A program made the position numbers and the translations under genes. Positions 51,612 through 61,544 of a DNA stretch of 64,000 bases are shown here, in pieces. Each line of letters starts with the position of its first letter. The first letter of the stretch is position 1. The notes under the pieces are model-generated. The model saw only the letters and a program-made list of their open reading frames with translations. It was not told the origin of the DNA and searched no databases. This DNA is from Deltaproteobacteria bacterium (GTDB taxonomy: Bacteria > Myxococcota_A > UBA9160 > UBA4427): the NCBI GenBank assembly GCA_019310975.1, contig JAFDDH010000001.1:3613-67612 (forward strand), read 5' to 3'.

Positions 51612-53192
51612 GTGAGGGGGCTTGGCTCACTGCTCGGTGGGCTCGGCCTGGTGGCCGTCGGATTCGGGCTGCTCTCGGCGCTGCTTGCCATCTTTCAGCC
51701 GATCACCGACCTGGTCTGGGTGATCGGCAACCTCGTCCTGGGTGTGGTGCTGCTCTCGGCGGCGCTCTTCGTCAGCTTCGACCGCGTGCGGCAGCGCCTG
51801 CACTCGGGTGAGGCGCGCCGGGTCGGCAAGTACGGTACGAGCGCACTGCTCTCGACGCTCTTGATCATCGCCCTTCTCGGCATGTTCGGCTTCCTGACGA
51901 ATCGTCACTCGAAGCGCTGGGACTGGACCGAAGGGCAGGTCAACACGCTCTCGGACCAGACACTCGATCTGTTGCAGCGTCTCGAAGCGGACGTCGTGAT
52001 CCGTGCGTTCTTCCTGGAGGGTGAGGCCCCGGCGGTCGCCGCGCTACTCGATCGCTACGCGCATATGGGCGAACGCATCGAGCTGGTATACGTCGACCCC
52101 AACTCGGTGCCGATTCTGATCGAGGACCTACGGCTCGATCCCGATGCGCTCGCCAAGGGGCTGGTGCGCGTGGAGCAGGGCGACGCCGGCATCGAGGTCA
52201 CGGATCTGACGGAGTCGGGTATCACGAACGGGCTGCTCAGGCTGATACGCTCGAGCGAAAAGAAGGTCTACTTCCTGAGCGGCCATAACGAAAGGCCGAT
52301 TGCCGATACCGACGGCCGTCCCGCCAGTGGCAAGGAGAGCATGGGGCGCGCCGCCGAGGCGCTGCGCAACGAGACCTACGCGGTGGAGAGTCTCTCGCTG
52401 TCGACGCTCGGCGAGATTCCGGAGGACGCCGACGCAGTCATCGTAGCCGGGCCAACCCAGCCCTACTTCGATCACGAGCAGGAGGCGCTGCGACGCTACC
52501 TGGAAGGCGGCGGAGCACTCTTCGTGATGATCGATCCGCGCGCGCACACGAATCTGCATCCGCTGATCGAGTCCTGGGGGGTGCTGCTCGGTGACGACGT
52601 CGTGGTCGACGAGGTCCGGGCCATATTCAACAAGGCGACGATGCCGCTGGCGGCGGGCTATGCGCCGGATCATCCGATCACGGTCGACCTGAGCGAGACC
52701 ACGGTCTTCCCCATGGTGCGCAGCGTGATGGTCGCGCAGAATGGACCTGGCGATTTCGAGCCCATCGTACAGACCGGTGCCGAGTCGTGGGCGGAGCGCG
52801 ACCTCGACGGCTGGCGCGAGAGCGGACGCGCCGAGCTCGGGGAAGGCGATTTCGAGGGTCCGGTCCCGATTGCCGTGGCGGGAACGCTCGGTGTGGCCGG
52901 AGAGCCCGCGCTGGCGCCACGACTGGTCGTCGTCGGGGACTCTGACTTCGCAAGCAATGAGTTCCTCGAGGCCTACCGCAACCGCGACTTCTTCGTGAAT
53001 AGCGTCAACTGGCTCGTCGGGGACGTGGAGCAGATCGGCATCCGGCCCCGACTCTCACGTGCCTCGCGCTTCGAGCTCGACAGTGGGCAATTCCGCTTCG
53101 TCATATACCTCTCTCTCTTCATCCTGCCGGAGGCCATCGCGGTGCTGGGCGTCGTGACCTGGTGGCTGCGCCGCGGCCGTGCGGAGCTCTGA
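51612..53192 (+). CDS. GldG family ABC auxiliary protein
   Basis: WDWT..NTLSDQT, YFLSGHNE, LVVVGDSDF, NRDFFVNSVNWL. Confidence 0.88.
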   Translation: MRGLGSLLGGLGLVAVGFGLLSALLAIFQPITDLVWVIGNLVLGVVLLSAALFVSFDRVRQRLHSGEARRVGKYGTSALLSTLLIIALLGMFGFLTNRHSKRWDWTEGQVNTLSDQTLDLLQRLEADVVIRAFFLEGEAPAVAALLDRYAHMGERIELVYVDPNSVPILIEDLRLDPDALAKGLVRVEQGDAGIEVTDLTESGITNGLLRLIRSSEKKVYFLSGHNERPIADTDGRPASGKESMGRAAEALRNETYAVESLSLSTLGEIPEDADAVIVAGPTQPYFDHEQEALRRYLEGGGALFVMIDPRAHTNLHPLIESWGVLLGDDVVVDEVRAIFNKATMPLAAGYAPDHPITVDLSETTVFPMVRSVMVAQNGPGDFEPIVQTGAESWAERDLDGWRESGRAELGEGDFEGPVPIAVAGTLGVAGEPALAPRLVVVGDSDFASNEFLEAYRNRDFFVNSVNWLVGDVEQIGIRPRLSRASRFELDSGQFRFVIYLSLFILPEAIAVLGVVTWWLRRGRAEL

Positions 53193-53195
53193 CGC

Positions 53196-54686
53196 GTGAG
53201 CCCGCGCAACACCGTGCTTCTCTTCCTGGCCGCACTGCTGCTCGGCGGCTTCATCTATCTCTATGAGACGTCGGAAGAGCAGAGCGGCGAGACGCAGGAG
53301 GAGCCGGCGGGCCTGGTCTTCCCCCTGCTGGAGGCCGACGACATCGAGCACATCAGGATGACGACGAGCGACGGAGAGATCGCCGATCTCGAGCGAGATG
53401 GGGAGGGCTGGCAGCTGATCGAGCCGCTGCACTTCCCGGCGGACGACGTGACCGTCGAGGGCATCGCGAGCCAGCTGGCGCAGATGGAAATTGCGGGCAT
53501 CGTGCAGAGCGACGCGCCTGCCTCCGACTTTGGTCTCGCCGGCGAGGCGTTGGTCTTCCGCTTCCGGGTGGCGAGCCGCGAGGGCGGGCTGCGCGTCGGC
53601 CGCACGACGCCGGTGGGATCGAATACCTATGTGGCCCGGGTGGACGAGGAGGAGGTCTTCTACGTCGCCACATGGCGGATCAACGCGCTGCGCAAGACGT
53701 TGACCGAGCTGCGCAACCGCCAGGTACTCGAATTCGACAGTGCAAGAGTCGACCGCATCAGTGTGAGCTGGCCCGGCGCCCGTATCGAGCTCGAGTCCCT
53801 CGGTGATGAATGGTGGATGATTTTTCCGGTGCGCGAGCGCGCCGACGTCCGCACGGTCGAGACGATGCTCTCGGATCTCTCCTTCTTGCGAGCGGATGAT
53901 TTCGTAGACGCCATCGCCTCCACCCCAGAAGAGCTCGGGCTTGACGTGCCAACACTTCACGTGGTGCTGCACGGTGAATCAGAAGCCGGCGAGCCGTGGA
54001 CGAGCGGGCTGATGCTCGGCCAGGTGATCGAGGGGCGCCGGGTCGCGCGCGGTACGCGCGGTGCGCTCTTCACCATCGCGCCTGAGCGGCTCGACGACTT
54101 CCCACGTGAGCTCATCGCATGGCGGGTCAAGGAGCTCTCGCGCTTCGCCGTGGCGGATGCGCGCTCATTCGATCTGACCTTCCGAACAAAAATGGGCGAG
54201 GGCGCGGACGAGACGAGGACGATCCACGGCGAGCTGCATGCGGGTGAGTGGACGATCGCGCCCGAGCCCATGGACCAGCGCCAGGCGCGTAAGCTCGTGT
54301 ACGCGCTCTCGCAGCTCGAGGCTGTGGAGATCGTCGCCGAGGATATGGGTGACGCCGAGCGCGAGGCGCTCGGACTCGCGCCCCCCCGGCTCTCCGTGCG
54401 TGTGATGGGGGAGGGCGACACGCTTCTCTCGGAGATCGGCCTCGGCGCGACCTCTCCCGGCCGCGGCCCGTTCGCCCTTCGATCGGAAAGCTCCGTCATC
54501 TACCGCATCGCCGAGGAGGACGGCCGCGCGCTGCCCTCCGACTGGTCCGACTTCGAAGCGCGCTTTCGCCCCAGAGCGGATGTGCAGGGCGGGATCGAGG
54601 GCCCACTCGCCGACCCCTCCGATGATGCGGCCGAGGGCCTCGATGACGACGGTCCGTTGGAGGAGACGCCGGTGCCCGCGCCCTGA
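53196..54686 (+). CDS. DUF4340 domain protein
   Basis: N-terminal TM; three repeats of W.L..P...AD...FGL..P; follows the gldG-like gene. Confidence 0.82.
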   Translation: MSPRNTVLLFLAALLLGGFIYLYETSEEQSGETQEEPAGLVFPLLEADDIEHIRMTTSDGEIADLERDGEGWQLIEPLHFPADDVTVEGIASQLAQMEIAGIVQSDAPASDFGLAGEALVFRFRVASREGGLRVGRTTPVGSNTYVARVDEEEVFYVATWRINALRKTLTELRNRQVLEFDSARVDRISVSWPGARIELESLGDEWWMIFPVRERADVRTVETMLSDLSFLRADDFVDAIASTPEELGLDVPTLHVVLHGESEAGEPWTSGLMLGQVIEGRRVARGTRGALFTIAPERLDDFPRELIAWRVKELSRFAVADARSFDLTFRTKMGEGADETRTIHGELHAGEWTIAPEPMDQRQARKLVYALSQLEAVEIVAEDMGDAEREALGLAPPRLSVRVMGEGDTLLSEIGLGATSPGRGPFALRSESSVIYRIAEEDGRALPSDWSDFEARFRPRADVQGGIEGPLADPSDDAAEGLDDDGPLEETPVPAP

Positions 54687-54783
54687 TCGGGGCGTATGCG
54701 ACATCCCGCCGGCCTCCTCTACACTGGCCCGTCGCCCGTCGCCCATCGCCCACGCCCTTTGGGCGGGGCCCGGAGGAGTTCGC

Positions 54784-55617
54784 ATGGGATATCGCTGCTT
54801 CGAGGTAGAGGAGGCCGGGGGTGTCGCGCACCTGCGCATGTGCCGTCCCGAGGAGCTCAACACACTCGTCGAAGAGTTCTGGAGCGAGCTGCCGGAGATC
54901 GTCGAGGGCTTCGATGCGCAGGGCAATGTGCGCGCCGTGGTGGTCTCATCCACCGGCCGCCACTTTACCGCCGGTCTCGATCTGGGTGTGCTGGCTTCGG
55001 GCACCGTCGATCGGGATGCCGAGATCGGGCGTGCCCGCGCAAACCTGCGCATGCTCACCCTCGCGCTGCAGGAGACCTTTTCCTCGCTCGAGCGAGCGCG
55101 CATGCCCGTGCTCGCTGCCGTGCAGGGCGGCTGCGTGGGCGGGGGCCTCGACTTCATCACGGCCTGCGATATGCGCTACTGCACGGCCGACGCGTTCTTC
55201 TGTGTGCAGGAGATCAACATCGGCATCACGGCGGACGTGGGCACACTGCAGCGACTGCCGAAGATCATTCCGGAGGGCATTGCGCGCGAGATGGCCTACA
55301 CGGGTCGCCGGCTTTCGGCGCAGCGTGCGCTCGAAGTTGGCCTGGTGAATGCCGTCTACGACGATCACGAGGCCATGCTGACAGACGTGCTCGCGATGGC
55401 CCGCGAGATCGCGGAGCGATCGCCACTGGCGATGTGGGGCAGCAAGGAGATGCTGAACTACGTGCGCGACCACAGCGTCGCCGACGGCCTCAACCTCATC
55501 GCCACCTGGCAGAGCGGGATGTTTCAGCCCGGCGAGGTGATGGAGGCCATGAGCGCGAAGCAGGAAAAACGCGCCCCCAGCTTTCCCGACCTCCTGCCCA
55601 AGCCGAAGGGGCTCTAG
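54784..55617 (+). CDS. Enoyl-CoA hydratase/isomerase (dienoyl-CoA isomerase-like)
   Basis: HFTAGLDL, GGCVGGG, ADVGTLQRL. Confidence 0.9.
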   Translation: MGYRCFEVEEAGGVAHLRMCRPEELNTLVEEFWSELPEIVEGFDAQGNVRAVVVSSTGRHFTAGLDLGVLASGTVDRDAEIGRARANLRMLTLALQETFSSLERARMPVLAAVQGGCVGGGLDFITACDMRYCTADAFFCVQEINIGITADVGTLQRLPKIIPEGIAREMAYTGRRLSAQRALEVGLVNAVYDDHEAMLTDVLAMAREIAERSPLAMWGSKEMLNYVRDHSVADGLNLIATWQSGMFQPGEVMEAMSAKQEKRAPSFPDLLPKPKGL

Positions 55618-55639
55618 CCCGGATTATTATCCGGGCTAG
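55614..55639. terminator. Perfect hairpin between convergent genes (candidate bidirectional terminator)
   Basis: CTAGCCCGGAT-TATT-ATCCGGGCTAG; both TAG stop codons lie in the stem. Confidence 0.65.
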
Positions 55640-56439
55640 CCCCGGGTATGCGACAGAATGGCGTCATGGACGTGCCCGTTGCTGGCGACGACCTCGGCGC
55701 CCGAGCGCGGTGCGGGGCCTCCGTCCGTGCTCGTGACACGCCCGCCCGCCTCCTCGACCATCAGAATGCCAGCGGCCACGTCCCAGGCATGCAGCTTGAG
55801 CTCCCAGTAGGCCTCGAGGCGGCCCGAGGCCACGTAGCAGAGGTCGAGGGCGGCGCTTCCGTCGCGGCGCAGGCCGCGCGCGGCCTTGAGGACGCGGGCA
55901 AAGCGCGCCAGGTTGTCCTGTGTGCTGTCGTGGACGTCGTACGCAAAGCCCGTCGCCACCAGCGCCTGGCCGAGATCGGTCTGGGTCGACACACGCAGCC
56001 GCCGGTGGCCGAGCCAGGCACCCGCAGCGTGCACGCAGTGGAAGAGCTCGTCGAGCAGCGGGTCATAGACCACTCCGATCCTGCGCTCGCCTTCGTGCTC
56101 GACGCCAATCGAAACGCAGAAGCGCGGAAATCCGTGGGCGTAGTTGGTGGTGCCGTCGAGCGGGTCGATGATCCAGCGCCAGTCGCTCCGGCTGTGGTTC
56201 TCGCCGCCGCCCTCCTCGGCCAGGATTGCGTCGCCGGGCCGCACGGCCTCGATACCCGACACGATCAACGCCTCGCACTCGTGGTCGACCTGGGTCACGA
56301 GGTCGATGCTCGCACTCTTGGTGCGCACGTCGAGCTCGGTCTCGTAGTGCTCGCGCTGCACCGCACCCGCGCGCCGCGCAAGATCGACGGCCAGCTGGTA
56401 GGCGCTTCGAAGCTCCGGAGCGATCGAGTCCAGATCCAT
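55636..56439 (-). CDS. suhB: Inositol monophosphatase family protein
   Basis: WIIDPLDGTTNYAHG, GSAALDLCYVA, WDVAAG. Confidence 0.9.
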   Translation of the reverse strand: MDLDSIAPELRSAYQLAVDLARRAGAVQREHYETELDVRTKSASIDLVTQVDHECEALIVSGIEAVRPGDAILAEEGGGENHSRSDWRWIIDPLDGTTNYAHGFPRFCVSIGVEHEGERRIGVVYDPLLDELFHCVHAAGAWLGHRRLRVSTQTDLGQALVATGFAYDVHDSTQDNLARFARVLKAARGLRRDGSAALDLCYVASGRLEAYWELKLHAWDVAAGILMVEEAGGRVTSTDGGPAPRSGAEVVASNGHVHDAILSHTRG

Positions 56440-56447
56440 ATTCCGTC

Positions 56448-57257
56448 CTAGTCGGCCGTCGGTTCGGCCGAGTCGGCCAGTCGGTAGAAGCGCCGCGCGT
56501 TCTGGCTGGTGATCCGGGCCACGTCCTCGCGGTCGACACCGTGTAGCGCGGCGAGGGTCTCGCCTACCGTGACCACCCAGGCCGGCTCGTTGCGCCGACC
56601 GCGGTGGCCCTCGGGCGCGAGGAAGGGTGCGTCGGTCTCGACCATCAGCCGGTCGAGGGGCAATGCCTTTGCGACGGCACGTAGCGCGTCGCTGCGCTTG
56701 AATGTGATGATGCCCGAGAACGAGACCAGAAGGCCCGCATCGAGGGCCTGCCGGGCGAAATCGAGCGTGCCCGTGTAGCAATGCAGCACGCCTTCGAGCT
56801 CGCCCCGTCCCTCGGAGAGCCAGATGTCGAGCAGCTCGCCGTGTGCGTCGGGCTCGTCGCCGCGCACGTGGATCGAGACCGGCATGCGGAGCTCACGCGC
56901 CATGTCGACCTGCACCGCAAAGGCCTGGCGCTGCGCGCCCTTGTCCGAATTCATGTAGTGGTAGTCGAGCCCACATTCGCCGAGGGCCACGACGGCGGGA
57001 TCCGCCAGCCAGTCGCGCACGCGGTCGAGCACGAAGGCGTTGCACTCGCTGGCCTCATGCGGGTGGATGCCCACCGTGGCGTGCACGTCGACCTCCTGGC
57101 GGGCGAGCGCCACCGCCGCTCCATTGGCTTCGATTCCGTAGCCCGAGCCAATTGCGATCATGCCCTGCACGCCGGCATCCCGGGCACGCTGCAGGACCTC
57201 GGAGCGATCGTCGTCGTACCGGCCGGCCGTCAGGTGGCAATGGCTGTCGAGCCACAT
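56448..57257 (-). CDS. tatD: TatD family DNase
   Basis: DSHCHL, GIHPH, GECGLDY, ETDAPFLAP. Confidence 0.93.
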   Translation of the reverse strand: MWLDSHCHLTAGRYDDDRSEVLQRARDAGVQGMIAIGSGYGIEANGAAVALARQEVDVHATVGIHPHEASECNAFVLDRVRDWLADPAVVALGECGLDYHYMNSDKGAQRQAFAVQVDMARELRMPVSIHVRGDEPDAHGELLDIWLSEGRGELEGVLHCYTGTLDFARQALDAGLLVSFSGIITFKRSDALRAVAKALPLDRLMVETDAPFLAPEGHRGRRNEPAWVVTVGETLAALHGVDREDVARITSQNARRFYRLADSAEPTAD

Positions 57258-57261
57258 CGTG

Positions 57262-58845
57262 CTAATCCGCCCCGTCTTTGCTCTCGGCATCCTCTGCGCC
57301 CGCCGTCTCGATGCGCGGGAAGAGCGGCTTGCCCTTGCGGGTCGGCGAGCCCACCGGGATCCCGCCCCACTCGGCGCTGGCAGGCAGCACCGCGGTCTCC
57401 AGCGCATCGCCGAGGCCGAGGCGATCGAGAATCTCGGCCGCGGCCACGGGGAGGAAGGCCGCGAGCAGGAGCGCCACGATGCGCAGCGACTCGCAGCAGG
57501 TGTGGAGCGTCGTGCTCACCGTATCGGCCAGCTCGGGATCCTTGGCGGCCTTCCACGGCTCGCGCAGCTCCAGGTAGCGATTGGTGGCATCCACCAGCGC
57601 GAGGATCGACTCCAGGGCGCGCTGGGGGCGCATGCCGCGCATGCGCAGGTCCACTTCGGCCACGGCGGTGGCCGCCGCGTCGATCACCTCGCGCTCGGGG
57701 ATCTCGATCGCGCCAGGCTCGGGCACGAGTCCGCCAGCGAACCGGCCCGTCATGTTGAGCGTGCGGCTCACGAGATTGCCAATGTTGTTGGCCAGGTCGG
57801 CGTTGATGCGCCGGACGAGCGCGTCCTCGCTGAAATTCGAGTCCTGCCCGAAGACCATGTCGCGCAGCAGGAAGTAGCGGAATGCCTCGAAGCCGTATTT
57901 CTCGCGCATGATCAGCGGATCGATCATATTGCCCAGGCTCTTGCTGACTTTGCGGTCGTCGACGTTCCAATAGCCGTGGACACTGACATGTCGTGGCGGC
58001 TCGAGCCCGATGGCGCGCAGCATGGTCGGCCAGAAGACACCGTGCGGTTTCAGGATGTCCTTGCCGACGACGTGCTCGCAGTTGGACCAATAGTCCTGGA
58101 AGTGCGGGCCGTCCGGATAGCCAATGCCGGTCAGGTAATTGATCAGCGCGTCGAACCAGACGTAGCAGACATAATCGGTGTCGAAGGGGAGCTCGATCCC
58201 CCAGTCCAGACGGCTCTTTGGCCGCGAGATGCAGAGCTCGCCGCCGAGGCCCGTCTCCTCGTCCAACATGGCGAGGACCTCGTTCTTGTAGCGCTCGGGT
58301 CGAATGAAGTCGGGGTTCTGCTCGATATAGTCGCGCAGCCAGCTGAAGTGGGCGCCCATGTCGAAGAAGTAGTTGGCCTCGGTGCGCGGCTCCGGGGCAC
58401 GCTCGTGGTCCCGGCACAGGCCGTCCAGCATGTCCCGATCTGTCAGGAAGCGCTCGCAGCCAACGCAGTAGAGCCCCTCGTACTCCTTGAATCGAATCTC
58501 GCCTTCGTCGTAGACCCGCTGCAAGATCTGCTGAACCACCTGCTTGTGGTCGGCATCGGTGGTGCGGATGAAGCGGTCGTGCGAGATGCCGATCTCTTCC
58601 CAGACGCGCAGGAAGGAGTTCGAGAAGTACTCGGCGGTCTGCGCGGGGCTCTCGCCGCGCCGGCGCGCCACCTCGAGCACCTTCTCGCCATGCTCGTCGC
58701 TGCCCGTCAGGAAGAAGCAGGTATCGCCGCACAGACGCCGGTAGCGCACGATCGTGTCGCATAGGACGGTCGTGTAGGTATGACCGATGTGGGCCTCGGC
58801 GTTGACGTAGTAGATCGGCGTCGTGAGGTAGAAGTAGCCACTCAT
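57262..58845 (-). CDS. metG: Methionine--tRNA ligase (short form without the C-terminal dimerisation domain)
   Basis: TTPIYYVN, HIGH, DEHG, YVWFDAL, KVSKS. Confidence 0.96.
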   Translation of the reverse strand: MSGYFYLTTPIYYVNAEAHIGHTYTTVLCDTIVRYRRLCGDTCFFLTGSDEHGEKVLEVARRRGESPAQTAEYFSNSFLRVWEEIGISHDRFIRTTDADHKQVVQQILQRVYDEGEIRFKEYEGLYCVGCERFLTDRDMLDGLCRDHERAPEPRTEANYFFDMGAHFSWLRDYIEQNPDFIRPERYKNEVLAMLDEETGLGGELCISRPKSRLDWGIELPFDTDYVCYVWFDALINYLTGIGYPDGPHFQDYWSNCEHVVGKDILKPHGVFWPTMLRAIGLEPPRHVSVHGYWNVDDRKVSKSLGNMIDPLIMREKYGFEAFRYFLLRDMVFGQDSNFSEDALVRRINADLANNIGNLVSRTLNMTGRFAGGLVPEPGAIEIPEREVIDAAATAVAEVDLRMRGMRPQRALESILALVDATNRYLELREPWKAAKDPELADTVSTTLHTCCESLRIVALLLAAFLPVAAAEILDRLGLGDALETAVLPASAEWGGIPVGSPTRKGKPLFPRIETAGAEDAESKDGAD

Positions 58846-58846
58846 A

Positions 58847-59764
58847 TCAGCGCCCCACTGCCAGCCGAACGGCAATCAGGCCCTTCTCGGCGATCATCTG
58901 CGGGTTGGCGTTGCGCGTGGCCAGGTCGCGCCGACAACGGCTGAGCGTCTTCCAGGCATCGAGGGCGCCTTCTAGGTCGCGCTCGCCAGCGCGTACGCGC
59001 GTGTGGACCTGATCCCGCAGCCACTCGCTGCCGAGTGCGAGCAGTGCATCGACTTTCTCGGCCGAGCTGGCCCTCGGGCCGCGGTACTCCTCGGCCCAGC
59101 CCACCAGCTCGCCAAGGCTGGCCGTCACGATGCCATCGAAGCGCTCGACCAGCGCGGCGGTCTCCTCAGCCACGTCGTCGCCGCGCAGCGCCGGCCGCTC
59201 TTCGCTGGGAAAGACCACCTTCACCGAGCGCGAGCGGATGGTGGCGAGCAGCGCGGAGGCGCGCGCGGAGACCAGGATCAGACAGGTACGCGGCGGCGGC
59301 TCCTCGAGCAGGCGAAGCAGGGCATTCTGCGCCTCGGCGTTCAGCCATTCGGCTTCGGCCACTACGGCCACGCGCCAGCCGCCCTCGTTGGCGCCCAGGC
59401 GCAGCGCCTTCTGCAACGCGCGGATCTGCCCGATGCGCACGCGCGTGTCATCGCGGCCGCGCTCGATCCAGTAGAGGTCGGCGTGCTCGCCGATGTGGCG
59501 GTAGAGCGGCCCACTCTTGCCCGTGCCGTCGAGCGCGATGCAGCCCTCCGCCCCGTCGCGCGTCTGCGAGCGGTGACACGCCGGGCACTCGCCGCACGGT
59601 CGCGGCTGTGCCTTCTGTGCCGTGCACGCCACTCCGCGCGCGAACCAGAGCGCCGCGTGCCGCGGCGCCTCACCGGCGCCCGAGATCAGGTAGGCGGAGT
59701 GGATTCGCCCGCTCTCGAGGCTGTTTTCGAGAAGTCGAGTCGGGTCCGAGGCTTGCGATGTCAT
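58847..59764 (-). CDS. holB: DNA polymerase III delta' subunit
   Basis: HSAYL, PCGECPAC, AQNALLRLLEEPP, TIRSR; synteny with metG-tatD. Confidence 0.85.
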   Translation of the reverse strand: MTSQASDPTRLLENSLESGRIHSAYLISGAGEAPRHAALWFARGVACTAQKAQPRPCGECPACHRSQTRDGAEGCIALDGTGKSGPLYRHIGEHADLYWIERGRDDTRVRIGQIRALQKALRLGANEGGWRVAVVAEAEWLNAEAQNALLRLLEEPPPRTCLILVSARASALLATIRSRSVKVVFPSEERPALRGDDVAEETAALVERFDGIVTASLGELVGWAEEYRGPRASSAEKVDALLALGSEWLRDQVHTRVRAGERDLEGALDAWKTLSRCRRDLATRNANPQMIAEKGLIAVRLAVGR

Positions 59765-59931
59765 GGGGCGGCGGATTCTAGCGTATTGCCCCCCGGGTTC
59801 ACGGCGGCGCAGCTCGACGTGCAAGGTCAGACGTCACAAAACGATTCTGCATTTTCCACTCAAGTGAAGGGCATTCGAGCCGAACTGGGAGAAGCAACCA
59901 CATTCCCATCTTCGAGGAGAGGAAGATTTCC

Positions 59932-60429
59932 ATGGCGATTAGCAGTTTCGGTCGGGGCAAGGGTGGAGAGATGGCGGGTGGATCACCCGTCCCGCCGTCG
60001 ACGACCTCGTCGTCGAGCAGCAGCGGCATGGGCGGGCTGACGGCATTCATCGACCAGGGCTCGGAGTTCGAGGGCAAACTCTCCTTCAAGGACACGGTGC
60101 GCATCGACGGCACCTTTCACGGCGAGATCAGCAGTGAGAACACGCTGATCATCGGCGAGTCCGGTGAGATCGAGGCCACCATCAAGTCCCAGACGGTGGT
60201 GATCAGTGGCTCGGTGGTGGGCAATGTGATCGCCGACAAGCAGATCGTCCTACACAAGACCGCGCGCGTGAAGGGCGACCTGCAGACGCCCTGTGTGGTC
60301 GTCGAGGAGGGTGCCGTCTTCAATGGCAACCTCTCGATGAATGCCTCGTCGCAGGGCACTCAGCTGCCCTCGGGCAATCTCAAGGCCATCCAGGGTGGCG
60401 GCGAGAAGGACGCGTCCAGCAAGGCCTGA
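59932..60429 (+). CDS. Bactofilin (polymer-forming cytoskeletal protein)
   Basis: FIDQGSEFEGKL..VRIDG..IGESGEIEA..VEEGAVFNG. Confidence 0.92.
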   Translation: MAISSFGRGKGGEMAGGSPVPPSTTSSSSSSGMGGLTAFIDQGSEFEGKLSFKDTVRIDGTFHGEISSENTLIIGESGEIEATIKSQTVVISGSVVGNVIADKQIVLHKTARVKGDLQTPCVVVEEGAVFNGNLSMNASSQGTQLPSGNLKAIQGGGEKDASSKA

Positions 60430-60485
60430 GATTCTCCTGGCCGGCCGCCAGGATCAACCACATCACAGCGTTCCGGGGTGGTTCA

Positions 60486-60743
60486 CTACACCGCGAGGAC
60501 GGCCACCACGCCGGGATGCGCACGGCACAGGGGTTCCTCGATGGCGACACGCAGGGTGGCGAGCTGGGCGGGACAGTGGGCGCACTCGCCCTGAAAGACG
60601 ATGCGGACGGTGCCGTCGCTGTCGACCCCGGCGAGCTCGAGATTGCCGTTGTCGGCGATCAGACCCGGGCGGATGAGGTCGAGAAATGCCTCGACGTCCT
60701 CGCGCGACGGAGGCGGTTGCAGCATCTCGGTGTCCTCGGGCAT
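60486..60743 (-). CDS. NifU/Nfu C-terminal domain protein
   Basis: IRPGLIADNGNLEL...FQGECAHCP. Confidence 0.85.
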   Translation of the reverse strand: MPEDTEMLQPPPSREDVEAFLDLIRPGLIADNGNLELAGVDSDGTVRIVFQGECAHCPAQLATLRVAIEEPLCRAHPGVVAVLAV

Positions 60744-60857
60744 GGGAGGATGATCGGCCCGCTCGCGGAGCGTATTGAGGCGTTTCTGCGCTGCTCCTGG
60801 TAGCCTTGCCGATCCCGCTGCCGTGCATGCGCAGCCGGACCGGGAGAGGATCCAGGC

Positions 60858-61544
60858 GTGGCGGAAAGTCCGATCAAGCTGAGCGTTCGTCTCTTCGGCG
60901 GGCTGCGCGAGGAGGCCGGCAGCGGCCAGCTGGAGATCGAGCTGGCGCCGGCCAGCACGGTCGCGCACCTGCGCGCGCATCTGGCCGCCCGATTGCCCTC
61001 GGTGGCGCGCCTGGGCGAACGGCTGGCGGTCTCGGTCAACCTCGAGGTGGCCGCTTCCGGACACCTGCTGCAGAGCGGCGACGAAGTGGCGCTGCTGCCA
61101 CCGGTGGCCGGCGGCTCGGGGGCCACGCTGCGTCGCTGCACGATCCACGACACGGTGCTCGATCCCGACGAAGTCGTGGCTCGGGTGTCGGGCGATGACA
61201 CCGGGGGCATCGTCAGCTTCGTCGGCACGGTGCGCGATCATTCGCACGGCCACTCGATCAAATTCCTCGAGTACGAGGCCTACCCCGAGATGGCGGAACG
61301 CGAGATGGAGAAGATTGCCGACCGGGCGGCCCAGCGCTGGCCGGGCACGCGGATCGCGATTGCACATCGCGTCGGACACCTCGAGATCGGCGACGCGGCC
61401 GTGGTCATCGTGGCGGCGGCGGCGCATCGTGCGGAGGCCTTCGAGGCCTGTCGCTTCGCCATCGACACTCTCAAGCAGACTGTCCCGATCTGGAAGAAAG
61501 AGGTGGCGACGGATGGCGAGTATTGGGTCGACGACCACGCATGA
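60858..61544 (+). CDS. moaD/moaE: Fused molybdopterin synthase MoaD-MoaE (MoaX-like)
   Basis: VRLFGGLRE...GDEVALLPPVAGG followed by FVGTVR, LEYEAYPEMA, HRVGHL, LKQTVPIWKKE. Confidence 0.93.
   Translation: MAESPIKLSVRLFGGLREEAGSGQLEIELAPASTVAHLRAHLAARLPSVARLGERLAVSVNLEVAASGHLLQSGDEVALLPPVAGGSGATLRRCTIHDTVLDPDEVVARVSGDDTGGIVSFVGTVRDHSHGHSIKFLEYEAYPEMAEREMEKIADRAAQRWPGTRIAIAHRVGHLEIGDAAVVIVAAAAHRAEAFEACRFAIDTLKQTVPIWKKEVATDGEYWVDDHA

Noticed and set aside
58847-59764. Degenerate Walker A motif in HolB
   Set aside because: Expected, since delta' is a non-catalytic clamp-loader subunit
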